A DNA stretch of 64,000 bases from Victivallaceae bacterium. GTDB lineage: Bacteria > Verrucomicrobiota > Lentisphaeria > Victivallales > Victivallaceae. Where the stretch lies: NCBI GenBank assembly GCA_045532825.1, contig JAZSGR010000087.1, positions 206-64,205 on the forward strand, in the 5' to 3' direction. Position numbers and translations under genes: made by a program. Below, piece after piece: positions 38,657-48,103 of this stretch. How positions within the stretch are numbered: the first letter of the stretch is position 1; each line of letters begins with the position of its first letter. The notes beneath the pieces are model-generated. The model saw only the letters and a list, made by a program, of their open reading frames with translations, was not told the origin of the DNA and searched no databases.

Positions 38657-39660
38657 ACAGAACCGCATCAAATCCGGCAGAAAACGGCGGTTCAGATGTA
38701 CTCCGCAAACTGTTGAAAATACTTTATATAACGCTGATGGCGGCGTCTCTGCCGGCTGCAGTATGGTGCTGCGGAGTTTTTTATTTTCTGATGTTTTCGC
38801 GCAGCATACCATGGAGTTCGGCAGCTGCGCTGCTGCTGGCTGCATTGTGGATCGGCGGATGCTTTTTCCGGCGCATGACGATACTGCTTGCGGCGGCTGA
38901 AATCGGGATCACACTGTACTTTTTCAGCATAACACCGCAGGAGCGTTTTTCCTCTGCAGTATGGCAGCGTCCCTGGACGCACCGTCCGTCTGCAGTCATT
39001 CTGAAAAACGGCAGTATACAGTTTAAAAAAATCCGTGATTTCCGTTACCGTACTGCGGATGACTTCAGTATCCGTTACCGTACCATGACTGTCGATCCGG
39101 CAGAGCTGCGTTCTCTGGATCTTGCGCTCTCGCACTGGGACGGCATGGAAGCAGTCGCCCATACCATGCTGGCATTCAACTTCACCCGCAACAGGACACT
39201 GGTGCTTTCAATGGAAACCAGACTGCCGGAAGGTATTTCGCAAAATGCGGTTGCCGGATTGTTCAAGCAGTATGAGATCATCCCGGTGCTGGGTACTCCT
39301 GAGGATCTCTTCGATCTGCGTATAAAATTCCGCGGCGAGGATTTCTATTGCTACCGCACCAATGCGACAGAAAAACAGGCAAGGCAGATACTGACTGCGG
39401 TCACGTCATATCTTTCCGGAGAACCGGAGTTTTACAATACCCTGACCTGCAACTGTTCCACCAGTCTTGCATTTCTGCTTGACAGCATCGGAAAAGATCC
39501 GGTAAACGACATCCGGCTGCTGATAAACGGTTTTTCCGACCGGATGCTGTATGATCTGGGTTATCTTGCACACCGCCGCGGCGAATCATTTGCCTCGCTG
39601 AAAAACCGCAGTTATATTCCCGGCAAAAGCCGCGGAACAGATGATAAGAAACACCTCTGA
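38653..39660 (+). CDS. DUF4105-like (Lnb N-terminal domain-like) membrane-anchored protein
   Basis: 335 aa. N-terminal TM segments are followed by IRDFRYRTADDF, AHTMLAFNF, LSMETRLPEG and YNTLTCNCSTSL, a pattern remembered from DUF4105. An ATGA overlap links it to the hydrolase gene. Confidence 0.5.
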   Translation: MNRTASNPAENGGSDVLRKLLKILYITLMAASLPAAVWCCGVFYFLMFSRSIPWSSAAALLLAALWIGGCFFRRMTILLAAAEIGITLYFFSITPQERFSSAVWQRPWTHRPSAVILKNGSIQFKKIRDFRYRTADDFSIRYRTMTVDPAELRSLDLALSHWDGMEAVAHTMLAFNFTRNRTLVLSMETRLPEGISQNAVAGLFKQYEIIPVLGTPEDLFDLRIKFRGEDFYCYRTNATEKQARQILTAVTSYLSGEPEFYNTLTCNCSTSLAFLLDSIGKDPVNDIRLLINGFSDRMLYDLGYLAHRRGESFASLKNRSYIPGKSRGTDDKKHL

Positions 39661-39716
39661 TTTGATCCTGCATGGCACTATTTTACCGCAGTAACGGCAG
39701 CAGTGGCAAAACTCCC

Positions 39717-39745
39717 TTGCAAAAAATAATTTTCAGGATTATATT
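39717..39745 (+). promoter_or_regulatory. Sigma70-like promoter candidate
   Basis: TTGCAA (39717-22), a 17-nt spacer, then TATATT (39740-45). A second TATAAT follows a few nt downstream. An 8-bp 5'-UTR hairpin (TCCGTCCC/GGGACGGA) lies at about 39773-39796, before the ATG at 39815. Confidence 0.4.
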
Positions 39746-39814
39746 ATAGGGTATAATTATGCATTCAAACATTCCGTCCCGCAGTAAAGGGACGGATCTA
39801 AAACGGGATTTATT

Positions 39815-41893
39815 ATGGAAAAGCTCTATCTGGGAATAGATATTGGTTCAACGACCTTTAAAGCCGCCCTGATCAATGAAAACGGCAGAGTACGCCAGAC
39901 ATTGTATCAGCGCACCCGTCCGGTGGATACCGGCAGAGTACGCTGTTCCGGAGTATGTTCACGCTGCGGAGCCTGCAATTTCGGTCAGCTCCGTCAGACG
40001 GTGGATAAATTTCTTGCCGATTCCGGATTGCGCGGCCTCGAAGATATCAGCTGTACGGTCGTCACCGGCAGTCAGATCGTCTCCGACACGGCGGATTTTC
40101 TGCCCTACGATTTCAAAGTAAGCGAGGTGACTGCCCACGTTGCCGGAGCAAGGCACTTCTATCCAAACTGCAAAGCGATCCTCGATGTCGGCGGTCAGGA
40201 CAGCAAAGCCATGGTCTTCAATGATGACATGCAGATCTGGAACTACAAGATGAGCGGCATCTGCGCCGCCGGTACCGGAGCATTCCTCGACAGTGTCGCC
40301 GGTAAACTCGGCGTTCCGGTGGAACACATGGCGGATAAAGCCAACTATGACAGCACCCTGGAGTTTTCCTCGGTCTGCGCCGTGCTTTCCGCAACCAGCA
40401 TCAATAAATTCAAAAACCGTTTTCCGCTCGGCGACATCATCGGCGGAGCATGCCGCGCCCAGGCACGTACCATCATGTCCGGTGTCGGTCAGCTGTTCCT
40501 TGATTACAAGGGTGATATCGTTTTTCAGGGCGGTGTTGCCTACAACCGTGCGGTCGCATACTATCTGCGCCAGATCACCGGCAACAACATTATCACTCCG
40601 GAATTCAACGGTGTGATGGGTGCGCTCGGTGCAGCCTGCCTTGCCCTGCAGTTTTCCAACCTCAAAGGCAAACTCAGCACCGTTGCCGGTCTTCCTGCTC
40701 CGGAAAGGAAACTTGAATCTGTCGGACTGCGTGCTAAAGCGACCAGAGCTGATTTCCTCGGCAGAGGCGAACAGAAACTCGTCTGGCGCAATCTGTTCTT
40801 CCCGAGCGAGATCCTCAACGCTATCGGTGTCCGTTCCCTCACTCTTGAGACCTACGCCGCACTCATGGCGCGCAGTCAGCGCAAGGTCAGAAGTGCCTTC
40901 GATCAGGCGGCATGCAAAGGATTTTCTGCTGAAACCTGTTCCTTCCTGCGCGTTCTCGAAGGAGTCAAACTGCCGCAGGCATCTGCGGTGATCTCAACCA
41001 GTCAGCCCTGTCAGCAGGGTGAACGCATCTTCCGCGACCTTGCCCGCAGTTACGGTATCGAAGAGCATTACATTTCCCTGCACACCCCCGCCGAGGGCGG
41101 TGTCTGCGAAAGCAACGTCGAACACATGGCGGCAGAGATCGAAAGAAGCGTAAATGCCCTTGAGAGAGCCACCGGACTCAAAATGGATCCGGGCAGACTT
41201 GCTGAAGCATGTCACTTCTCCAACGAAGCGAGAAAATACTCTGTACTCTGCAACGAACTGCGTTACAGTTCAGCTCCGCTGATACGCGGTGGACAGGCTA
41301 TCTATTTTGCCAACATCTTCAGCCAGCTCTGGGGCAGAAAAGAGCTTGCGGATATCCAGAAAAAACTCTACTCTGAACTGCTTGAGATCCGCGACGGCGA
41401 AGCCGGAAAAGTCGATATCAACAGCACCCACCGTCTGCTGTGGCTCCATCTGCCGCCGTTCTACGACAGCTCCCTGCTGGATTACATAGAGATCCAGTGC
41501 CGCGCCCCCATTGTTTTTGAAGAGGTGAACTTTGTCGGCTGGAGCGATCTTGATCCCGATGATCCCTACCGCAGTCTGGCAAAAAAGCTGCTCACGACCG
41601 GATTTCTCGATCCTGCGCTGCGTGTGCGTTCGATCGTGGAAGAGGCGCGCAAGATCGGCATCAACGGCTGTATCCTCTACAATCACGGTTTCGGCCGCTG
41701 TTCGATGTCCGACAGCTCTTTTGCCAAGCATCTGCGCGAGGAGCTCAACAAAGCGGGCGTTCCGCTGCTCATGCTCGACGGCGACTGCGTGGATACCACC
41801 ATCGATCCCTGCAGTACCGAAACCAAGATCAGCGCGTATGTCGAAGCTCTCAATGAAAAGAAATACGGCAACATTTTCGGACCGTTGGCATAA
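39815..41893 (+). CDS. Fusion of BcrAD/BadFG-type ATPase (2-hydroxyacyl-CoA dehydratase activase-like) and HgdB/YjiM-like dehydratase-subunit domain
   Basis: 692 aa. The N-terminal region has LGIDIGSTTFKAAL, DVGGQDSK, SGICAAGTGAFLD and SSVCAVLS, which includes the activase cluster cysteines. The C-terminal region has LWLHLPPFYDS and GCILYNHGFGRCSMSDS...LMLDGDCVD, typical of the HGD-D family. Confidence 0.75.
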   Translation: MEKLYLGIDIGSTTFKAALINENGRVRQTLYQRTRPVDTGRVRCSGVCSRCGACNFGQLRQTVDKFLADSGLRGLEDISCTVVTGSQIVSDTADFLPYDFKVSEVTAHVAGARHFYPNCKAILDVGGQDSKAMVFNDDMQIWNYKMSGICAAGTGAFLDSVAGKLGVPVEHMADKANYDSTLEFSSVCAVLSATSINKFKNRFPLGDIIGGACRAQARTIMSGVGQLFLDYKGDIVFQGGVAYNRAVAYYLRQITGNNIITPEFNGVMGALGAACLALQFSNLKGKLSTVAGLPAPERKLESVGLRAKATRADFLGRGEQKLVWRNLFFPSEILNAIGVRSLTLETYAALMARSQRKVRSAFDQAACKGFSAETCSFLRVLEGVKLPQASAVISTSQPCQQGERIFRDLARSYGIEEHYISLHTPAEGGVCESNVEHMAAEIERSVNALERATGLKMDPGRLAEACHFSNEARKYSVLCNELRYSSAPLIRGGQAIYFANIFSQLWGRKELADIQKKLYSELLEIRDGEAGKVDINSTHRLLWLHLPPFYDSSLLDYIEIQCRAPIVFEEVNFVGWSDLDPDDPYRSLAKKLLTTGFLDPALRVRSIVEEARKIGINGCILYNHGFGRCSMSDSSFAKHLREELNKAGVPLLMLDGDCVDTTIDPCSTETKISAYVEALNEKKYGNIFGPLA

Positions 41894-41904
41894 AGGATCC
41901 AGTC

Positions 41905-42261
41905 ATGATACGCAAATACGGCAATTATAAAACTGAAGAGCGTTTTGAAATGCGCGGCGGTTCCGGAACAGTCAGGATCGAACACCTTTTCACCCCCGGA
42001 GAAGAACTCAAAGCACCGACACGGCTCTGTGCCAAACTCACCCTTGAGCCGGGAGTGTCGATCGGTTTCCATAAACATGAGACCGAAGAGGAATTGTTCC
42101 ATATCATCAGCGGCTCTGCTGAAGTGGATGACAACGGAACTTTGTCGCAGGTCTGCGCCGGAGACTCGATCATCACCGGTAACGGTTCCGGTCATTCGAT
42201 CAGAAACACCGGTAACGGAAATCTTGAGATCCTGGCAGTCATCACCAAATTTGCGGAGTAG
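41905..42261 (+). CDS. Cupin-domain protein
   Basis: 118 aa. GFHKHETEEELFHIISG ... GDSIITGNGSGHSIRN matches the two cupin motifs. Confidence 0.75.
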   Translation: MIRKYGNYKTEERFEMRGGSGTVRIEHLFTPGEELKAPTRLCAKLTLEPGVSIGFHKHETEEELFHIISGSAEVDDNGTLSQVCAGDSIITGNGSGHSIRNTGNGNLEILAVITKFAE

Positions 42262-42264
42262 AAA

Positions 42265-43485
42265 ATGACGTCAGACAATACGCTGCTGAAACTTGCGGAA
42301 CAGTACGGCACTCCGCTCTTCGTCTATGACGGGGATATGGTGAAAAAGTGTTTCAACGATCTTTTTGATTTCATTCCCTGCCCCCGTCTCAGGATCCATT
42401 ACGCCCTCAAGGCAAATTACAATATCGGACTGCTGATAATGCTGCGCGATGCCGGAGCCGGGATCGATGCCGTAAGTCCGGCAGAAGTGGAGCTTGCCCT
42501 GCGTCTGGGATTTCCCCGCGAACGGATCATTTACACTGCGAACAACATGACCGATGCCGAATTTGAAAAGGTCTTTGCGACCGGTGTCATCATGAACATC
42601 GGTTCACTCTCGCGCCTGCGCAAGATCGCCAAATCCCACCGCGGCATGCGTCTTTGTCTGCGTTTCAATCCGGATGTCTGCGACGGTGACAGTATCCACA
42701 CCATGACCGCCGGAGCCCTCACCAAGTTCGGTATCCTGCTGGATGATGTGGAAGAAGTCAAGGCACTGGTAAAAGAGGGTGATCTGCATGTCGTCGGACT
42801 GCACGAACATACCGGCAGCGGACTCCAGCACGCGGAATCTGTCTATACGGCGATGAGAAAACTCATGTCCATTGCGACACGGGAAAACTTCCCGGAACTG
42901 GAATTCCTTGATTTCGGCGGCGGCTTCAAAGTGCCGTACAAGCCCGGAGAAGCACGCATCGACTACATGGAAATGGGCAGAAAGATCGCGGAGATCTTTG
43001 ATGATTTCTGCAAAGATTACGGTAAAGAGCTCACCATGCGTTTTGAGCCGGGCAAATACCTGGTGGCAGAAGCAGGAGTTCTGCTGACCGAAGTAAATAC
43101 CATCAAACATAACCGCGAGCGTCTCATCGCCGGATGCAACTCCGGATTTCCGCAGCTGATCCGTCCGATGCTCTACGGTGCGTATCATATCATCGACAAC
43201 CTGAGCAATCCTGACGGAGAAAAAAAGATTTACGACATCTGCGGAAACATCTGTGAAACCGGTGACCGTTTTGCTGAACAGCGTGAACTGCCGGAGATAC
43301 GGGAATATGATATACTTGCCATCCGCAACGCCGGAGCGTACTGCTACTCAATGGGCGGCATCTACAATCTCCGCAGCATGCCGGGAGAGGTCGTGATGTC
43401 AAACGGCAAAGCGGTCTACCGCCGCAAGCGGCTTTCCGATGCGGAAATGATCGATGGGATACTGAAAGAAGGAACTGAACTCTGA
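42265..43485 (+). CDS. lysA: Diaminopimelate decarboxylase
   Basis: 406 aa. YGTPLFVYD, HYALKANYN (the PLP lysine), GLHEHTGSG and CGNICETGD are present, the fold-III decarboxylase pattern. Confidence 0.9.
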   Translation: MTSDNTLLKLAEQYGTPLFVYDGDMVKKCFNDLFDFIPCPRLRIHYALKANYNIGLLIMLRDAGAGIDAVSPAEVELALRLGFPRERIIYTANNMTDAEFEKVFATGVIMNIGSLSRLRKIAKSHRGMRLCLRFNPDVCDGDSIHTMTAGALTKFGILLDDVEEVKALVKEGDLHVVGLHEHTGSGLQHAESVYTAMRKLMSIATRENFPELEFLDFGGGFKVPYKPGEARIDYMEMGRKIAEIFDDFCKDYGKELTMRFEPGKYLVAEAGVLLTEVNTIKHNRERLIAGCNSGFPQLIRPMLYGAYHIIDNLSNPDGEKKIYDICGNICETGDRFAEQRELPEIREYDILAIRNAGAYCYSMGGIYNLRSMPGEVVMSNGKAVYRRKRLSDAEMIDGILKEGTEL

Positions 43486-44138
43486 TGTACCGTGCAGTAA
43501 TAGATCCGGCTCCTGATCACGCAGCGTTCGCGCTGCTCTGTGATGATAAACTTATAACTCTGGAACGGCGTCCGATGCGCGGCAGGGATGCGGCGGAACT
43601 GCCGGTATTCATCCTTGACACGCTGAAAGCCTGTCAGATAGAATTCAGCGATGTGAAACGCTGGACCGTAGGTTCCGGTCCCGGCAGCTTCACCGGCTTG
43701 CGTCTGGTCTCCGCGCTGGTCTCCGCCTGGAGCCTCGGCAAAGAGGATGTCAGGACACGGAATGTTCCCGGAGCAGTTGCGCTTGCCGGTATGCTCCGTC
43801 CTGCGCCCGGAGAAAAAGCCGGAGCTGTTTATGACGGCAGGAACCGGGAGATTCTTTATTTCGGAGTGCAGGGTCTTGAAAACGGCGATGTTGCACCTAC
43901 CGGAGAGACTGCGGTCCTCAACCGGGAACAGGCTGAAGAATTTTTCTCCTCCCGCAAGGGTGAAAGGCTGGCAGTGTTTGCCTGTGAGGCAGAAGCCGTT
44001 TCCAAAGTTCTGGCAGGTTCAGCGGTGCCGGAAGTTTTTGAATTTTCCGATACCGCCCTGCTCGACCGCACAGCGGTGCAGGAGTTTGACAACGATCTAA
44101 CCCGTCTGGTTTATATAAGGCCGGCAGTACACGTATAA
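43485..44138 (+). CDS. tsaB: tRNA t6A biosynthesis protein TsaB (YeaZ)
   Basis: 217 aa. The GSGPGSFTGLRLVSALVSAW signature is present. The start overlaps the lysA stop. Confidence 0.85.
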   Translation: MYRAVIDPAPDHAAFALLCDDKLITLERRPMRGRDAAELPVFILDTLKACQIEFSDVKRWTVGSGPGSFTGLRLVSALVSAWSLGKEDVRTRNVPGAVALAGMLRPAPGEKAGAVYDGRNREILYFGVQGLENGDVAPTGETAVLNREQAEEFFSSRKGERLAVFACEAEAVSKVLAGSAVPEVFEFSDTALLDRTAVQEFDNDLTRLVYIRPAVHV

Positions 44139-44143
44139 AAAAA

Positions 44144-44866
44144 TTGAAAAACTCAAACGACACAGTTCCGGGCGCGGATACAGCTGATATTCCGGCAGCT
44201 CCTGAAAAAAAACGCAGCTGGCTGAAAATCGTCATCCTGCTGTGTCTGCTGTTTGCCGTATTGATTTTTTCCGGAGCTGCCGGTCTTGCTGCGGCTGCGT
44301 TCTCGCCGAAAAAGCACATTCCGCTTGAACCGTTGAAAAACGAAGATCTCATCCTGCAGCAGAAACTTGTAAAACGTCTTTCAAGAGAAGTTCTCCGGCG
44401 CAGACCGAAAAAAGAGTCAACACTGGTTCTGAAAACCACGGAACTGCGTTCGCTGCTGCGGCTGATAGATTTCGGTTTGGCAGCCGCCAAGATCGCCGGA
44501 AAATACGATGGCATGGAACTGCGTTATTTTGAGCCGGAGTTTTCAGCGAACCGGATACGTGCGATCTATCCGCTGGATACCGGTCACACCTGGCTGTTCG
44601 GCGGAGTACTGCGCTGGCAGCTGTCGATGACTCCTGATTTCAGCGAAAAAAAAGTCAATCTGGATATCCACGACTGCCGGCTGGGTGTGATCCCGCTGCC
44701 CAAAACGATGGTCGAAGAGTTTCTTCTCAAAATACTTGACCGTCTTTACCGTTCAAAAGACTATGAGCAGTTCTGCAGCATGGTCAGGAAGATATATATG
44801 AAAACCGATGGAAGTCTTGTCGTGATCTACCGTCCGGCAAAACTCCTGCCGCTGTTGATGTTTTGA
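44144..44866 (+). CDS. Hypothetical membrane-anchored protein
   Basis: 240 aa with a TTG start and a single N-terminal TM segment (WLKIVILLCLLFAVLIFSGAAGLAAAAF). No recognisable motif. It fits tightly between tsaB and the deaminase gene. Confidence 0.5.
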   Translation: MKNSNDTVPGADTADIPAAPEKKRSWLKIVILLCLLFAVLIFSGAAGLAAAAFSPKKHIPLEPLKNEDLILQQKLVKRLSREVLRRRPKKESTLVLKTTELRSLLRLIDFGLAAAKIAGKYDGMELRYFEPEFSANRIRAIYPLDTGHTWLFGGVLRWQLSMTPDFSEKKVNLDIHDCRLGVIPLPKTMVEEFLLKILDRLYRSKDYEQFCSMVRKIYMKTDGSLVVIYRPAKLLPLLMF

Positions 44867-44890
44867 AGATATTACAAGGAGCAGCTGATT

Positions 44891-45370
44891 ATGAGTGAAA
44901 AGAGCCGTCCCGGCTGGGACAAGTATTTCATGGATATTGCTCTTGTTGCGGCCTCCCGCAGCAACTGCAGCCGCCGTCACGTTGCAGCCGTACTGGTGCG
45001 TGACCGCAGGATCATTTCGACCGGTTACAACGGAACTCCCCGCGGGGTCCGCAACTGTTCAGACGGAGGCTGTCCGCGCTGCAACTCCGACACTCCCTCC
45101 GGACACGGTCTCGGCGACTGTCTCTGCAGCCACGCAGAAGAGAACTCCATCGTACAGGCGGCTTATCACGGTATTGCGGTCAAAGGCTCGACTCTTTATA
45201 CGACCTTCAGTCCCTGTCTCACCTGTGCAAAAATGATAATCAATGCGGGAATAGTTGAAGTGGTCTATCACAAACGTTACTCCATAGATGATGTTTCAAC
45301 GGCACTTCTCAAGGAGGCCGGAGTAGTGGTAAGAGCATTGGAAAGTGATGAAGATGATCAGAGATCCTGA
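44891..45370 (+). CDS. dCMP deaminase (ComEB-like)
   Basis: 159 aa. The zinc motifs CSHAEENSI and PCLTCAKMI are present. Confidence 0.88.
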   Translation: MSEKSRPGWDKYFMDIALVAASRSNCSRRHVAAVLVRDRRIISTGYNGTPRGVRNCSDGGCPRCNSDTPSGHGLGDCLCSHAEENSIVQAAYHGIAVKGSTLYTTFSPCLTCAKMIINAGIVEVVYHKRYSIDDVSTALLKEAGVVVRALESDEDDQRS

Positions 45371-45848
45371 AAGTGCGCTTCTCACACTGGAAGAAGCGGT
45401 GAAATGGCGTGAAAACCTGCGCAGTGAAGGCAGACGTCTTGCAGTGACCAACGGTTGTTTCGATCTCATGCACCGCGGACATGCGACCTATCTCGGACAG
45501 GCACGGAACTGTGCGGATGCACTTCTGGTGCTGTTGAATTCCGATGCCTCGGTGCGTTCGCTCAAAGGCGAAACCCGTCCGCTGGTCTGCGAAACCGACC
45601 GGGCGTACATGCTGAACAGCCTGCGCTGCGTTGACCGGGTTGTGATATTTGACAGCAGCCGGTGCGACCGTGAACTTGCGGCACTTGCGCCCGACGTGTA
45701 TGTAAAAGCCGGGGATTACACTCTTGAAAAACTTGATCCCGGGGAACGCAAAGCACTGCTTGACGCCGGGACCGAAATCGTTTTCATGCCGTTCATCCCC
45801 GGTCTGTCGACAACCGGAATAGTGGAAAAGATCCTGGCATCACATTGA
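45345..45848 (+). CDS. hldC: D-glycero-beta-D-manno-heptose-1-phosphate adenylyltransferase (RfaE domain II as a separate protein)
   Basis: 167 aa. NGCFDLMHRGHATYL is the cytidylyltransferase-fold HxGH motif. The start is one of three nearby Met codons (45345, 45348, 45354) and overlaps the deaminase 3' end. Confidence 0.85.
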   Translation: MMKMIRDPESALLTLEEAVKWRENLRSEGRRLAVTNGCFDLMHRGHATYLGQARNCADALLVLLNSDASVRSLKGETRPLVCETDRAYMLNSLRCVDRVVIFDSSRCDRELAALAPDVYVKAGDYTLEKLDPGERKALLDAGTEIVFMPFIPGLSTTGIVEKILASH

Positions 45849-45907
45849 CAAAACTGTTTACGGAGTATATATTCTGCCGGAGCAGATGAAAATCAAGGAA
45901 AAAGACA

Positions 45908-46378
45908 GTGGCAAAGAAACAGGAAATACAATCAGCAGCGTTCAAGCGCAACACGCTGACCATCGCGGCAGTGGTGATGTTCGGTTTGATCGTGCTTGCT
46001 GAGATCACGCTGGCGGTCAGTATTCCGTGGTATCTCCAGCGTGAGGATACCATGGCATTGCAGGTGCAGCGTCTTAACTTGCGCAGTTCATTCGACAGTG
46101 CGCGGGATCAGGCAAAGGCTTCCAGCCGTGATGAGATCAAACAGGCGGAGCTGCGTATCGTACGCTGGTCGCTTGACGGCATGGCGGATTATCTCCGTGA
46201 AAACGCAGTAAAACTTGATGCGGAAGAGCTGAAATCCATGCAGGACACCGTCAATTCGATGCTTCAGATAACCACACGCTTGAGAAAAGGCAGAGCCTAT
46301 TCCCGTGAACAGCGTCTGGATACCTCATTCTACATAAACTCTTTGATCCCCCAGGAGGTCCGGAATGTTAAAAAATGA
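45908..46378 (+). CDS. Hypothetical membrane-anchored protein
   Basis: 156 aa with a GTG start, one TM segment (LTIAAVVMFGLIVLAEITLAV) and a helical tail. It lies between the two rfaE halves. Confidence 0.45.
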   Translation: MAKKQEIQSAAFKRNTLTIAAVVMFGLIVLAEITLAVSIPWYLQREDTMALQVQRLNLRSSFDSARDQAKASSRDEIKQAELRIVRWSLDGMADYLRENAVKLDAEELKSMQDTVNSMLQITTRLRKGRAYSREQRLDTSFYINSLIPQEVRNVKK

Positions 46379-47378
46379 TTTCAACACGATATTATCCCGT
46401 TTCCGGAACATCAGAGTGGCGGTGCTCGGCGATGTGATGCTCGATGTCTACGCCTGGGGCAAAGTCACCCGTATTTCGCCGGAGGCACCGGTGCCGGTGG
46501 TGAATGTCAAAAAGACCACCTGCTGCCTTGGCGGAGCAGCCAATGTCATGCGCAACATCGCCACGCTCGGAGCTTCAGCCGAAGGTTTCGGCATCACCGG
46601 AAAGGATCTCTCCGGCAGACAGGTGAGAGAAGAGCTGCTTGCCGCCGGTATTTCAGCAGACGGCATCCTTGATGATCCGGACCGGGTCACCACCGAAAAA
46701 CGCCGGATCATGGCATCCGGTCAGCAGCTGCTGCGTATTGATGAAGAAAACACCACTCCAGTCTCCGACGTGCTGCGCCGCAAGCTGGTTGATTCGATCA
46801 TCGACCGTATCCGCAAAGGCAGTATCGATGCGGTGATCTTTGAAGATTATGCAAAAGGACTCCTCGCCTCATGGATGCTGGAGGAGATCGTAAAAGAGGC
46901 ATCGGCACATAACGTTGCCACTGCACTTGATCCCAAACCCGGCGGACTGGAACCGGTCAAGGGCATAACCTTCATAAAACCCAACCGTCTGGAAGCCTTC
47001 GCCATGGCGAAGCTGGAAGACAAGACCCCGGGAGCCGATCCGGTGAGCGACAGACAGCTGCATGAAGCTGCCGGACGTCTGCTCGAACTCTGGAAACCGG
47101 ATCATCTGCTGATCTCCCTTGCCTCGCAGGGTATGGCACTGTTCCGTCCCGGAATGGCGACGGAGGTCATCCCGACCCGTGCGCGCGAAGTTTTTGATGT
47201 TTCCGGAGCAGGAGACACTGTCACTGCATCCTACACGCTTGCGCTGGCAGGCGGAGCTGATCCGGTAATGGCGGCGGAGATCGCCAACCGTGCAGCGAGT
47301 GTGGTCGTAGCCAAAGTGGGGACCGCCCCGATAAGTTTTGAAGAACTTGTGAAAGTATGTGAACAGGAGGATATCTGA
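46365..47378 (+). CDS. hldA: D-glycero-beta-D-manno-heptose-7-phosphate kinase (RfaE domain I as a separate protein)
   Basis: 337 aa of the PfkB family. VLGDVMLDVYAWGKVTRISPEAPVPVV, GGAANV and DVSGAGDTV are present. Confidence 0.88.
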   Translation: MLKNDFNTILSRFRNIRVAVLGDVMLDVYAWGKVTRISPEAPVPVVNVKKTTCCLGGAANVMRNIATLGASAEGFGITGKDLSGRQVREELLAAGISADGILDDPDRVTTEKRRIMASGQQLLRIDEENTTPVSDVLRRKLVDSIIDRIRKGSIDAVIFEDYAKGLLASWMLEEIVKEASAHNVATALDPKPGGLEPVKGITFIKPNRLEAFAMAKLEDKTPGADPVSDRQLHEAAGRLLELWKPDHLLISLASQGMALFRPGMATEVIPTRAREVFDVSGAGDTVTASYTLALAGGADPVMAAEIANRAASVVVAKVGTAPISFEELVKVCEQEDI

Positions 47379-48103
47379 TGTCCGTTGCAGTAGTTATACC
47401 TGCCCGTTATGCGAGCAGCCGTTTCCCCGGCAAACCCCTTGCGATGCTTGCCGGCAAGCCGATGATCCAGCATGTTTGTGAAAAAGCAGCGGCGAGCTGT
47501 GCCGACATGGTACTGGTCGCCACCGATGATCAGAGGATCTTCGACACAGTAAAAAATGCCGGTTTTGATGCGGCTATGACCCGCAGCGATCATCCCTCCG
47601 GAACCGATCGTATCTACGAAGCGGTTGCCGGAACTGATGCGCAGATCATCATCAACGTGCAGGGGGATGAGCCGCTCATCCCGAGTTCGGTTATCGATGA
47701 ACTCATCGGACTCATGAAAAACGATCCCACGCTGGATATGGCGACCGTTGCGGTTCCGGCGGTGCGGGAAAACATGACCGAAAACAATGTCAAAGTGGTA
47801 TTCGGCAATGACAACATGGCACTTTACTTCAGCCGGGCGCCGATACCGTTTCTGCGTTCCGGCGGAGAGGAGGCTCCGATGTGGCTCCACTGGGGCATCT
47901 ACGCCTACCGCCGCAGTGCGCTGGAAAAATTTGTCCGGCTGCCTCCGGGAAGTCTGGAAAACTGTGAAAAACTTGAACAGCTGCGTGCGCTGGAAAACGG
48001 AATGAAGATCTACGTCCTCACCTCCAACCTTTCCAGCATCGGAGTCGATACACCGGAAGATCTGGTCAAAGCTGAAGAAAAAATAAGGGAGAGTATGAAA
48101 TGA
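47378..48103 (+). CDS. kdsB: 3-deoxy-manno-octulosonate cytidylyltransferase
   Basis: 241 aa. VVIPARYASSRFPGKPLAMLAGKPMIQHV and VQGDEPLI are present. Confidence 0.93.
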   Translation: MSVAVVIPARYASSRFPGKPLAMLAGKPMIQHVCEKAAASCADMVLVATDDQRIFDTVKNAGFDAAMTRSDHPSGTDRIYEAVAGTDAQIIINVQGDEPLIPSSVIDELIGLMKNDPTLDMATVAVPAVRENMTENNVKVVFGNDNMALYFSRAPIPFLRSGGEEAPMWLHWGIYAYRRSALEKFVRLPPGSLENCEKLEQLRALENGMKIYVLTSNLSSIGVDTPEDLVKAEEKIRESMK

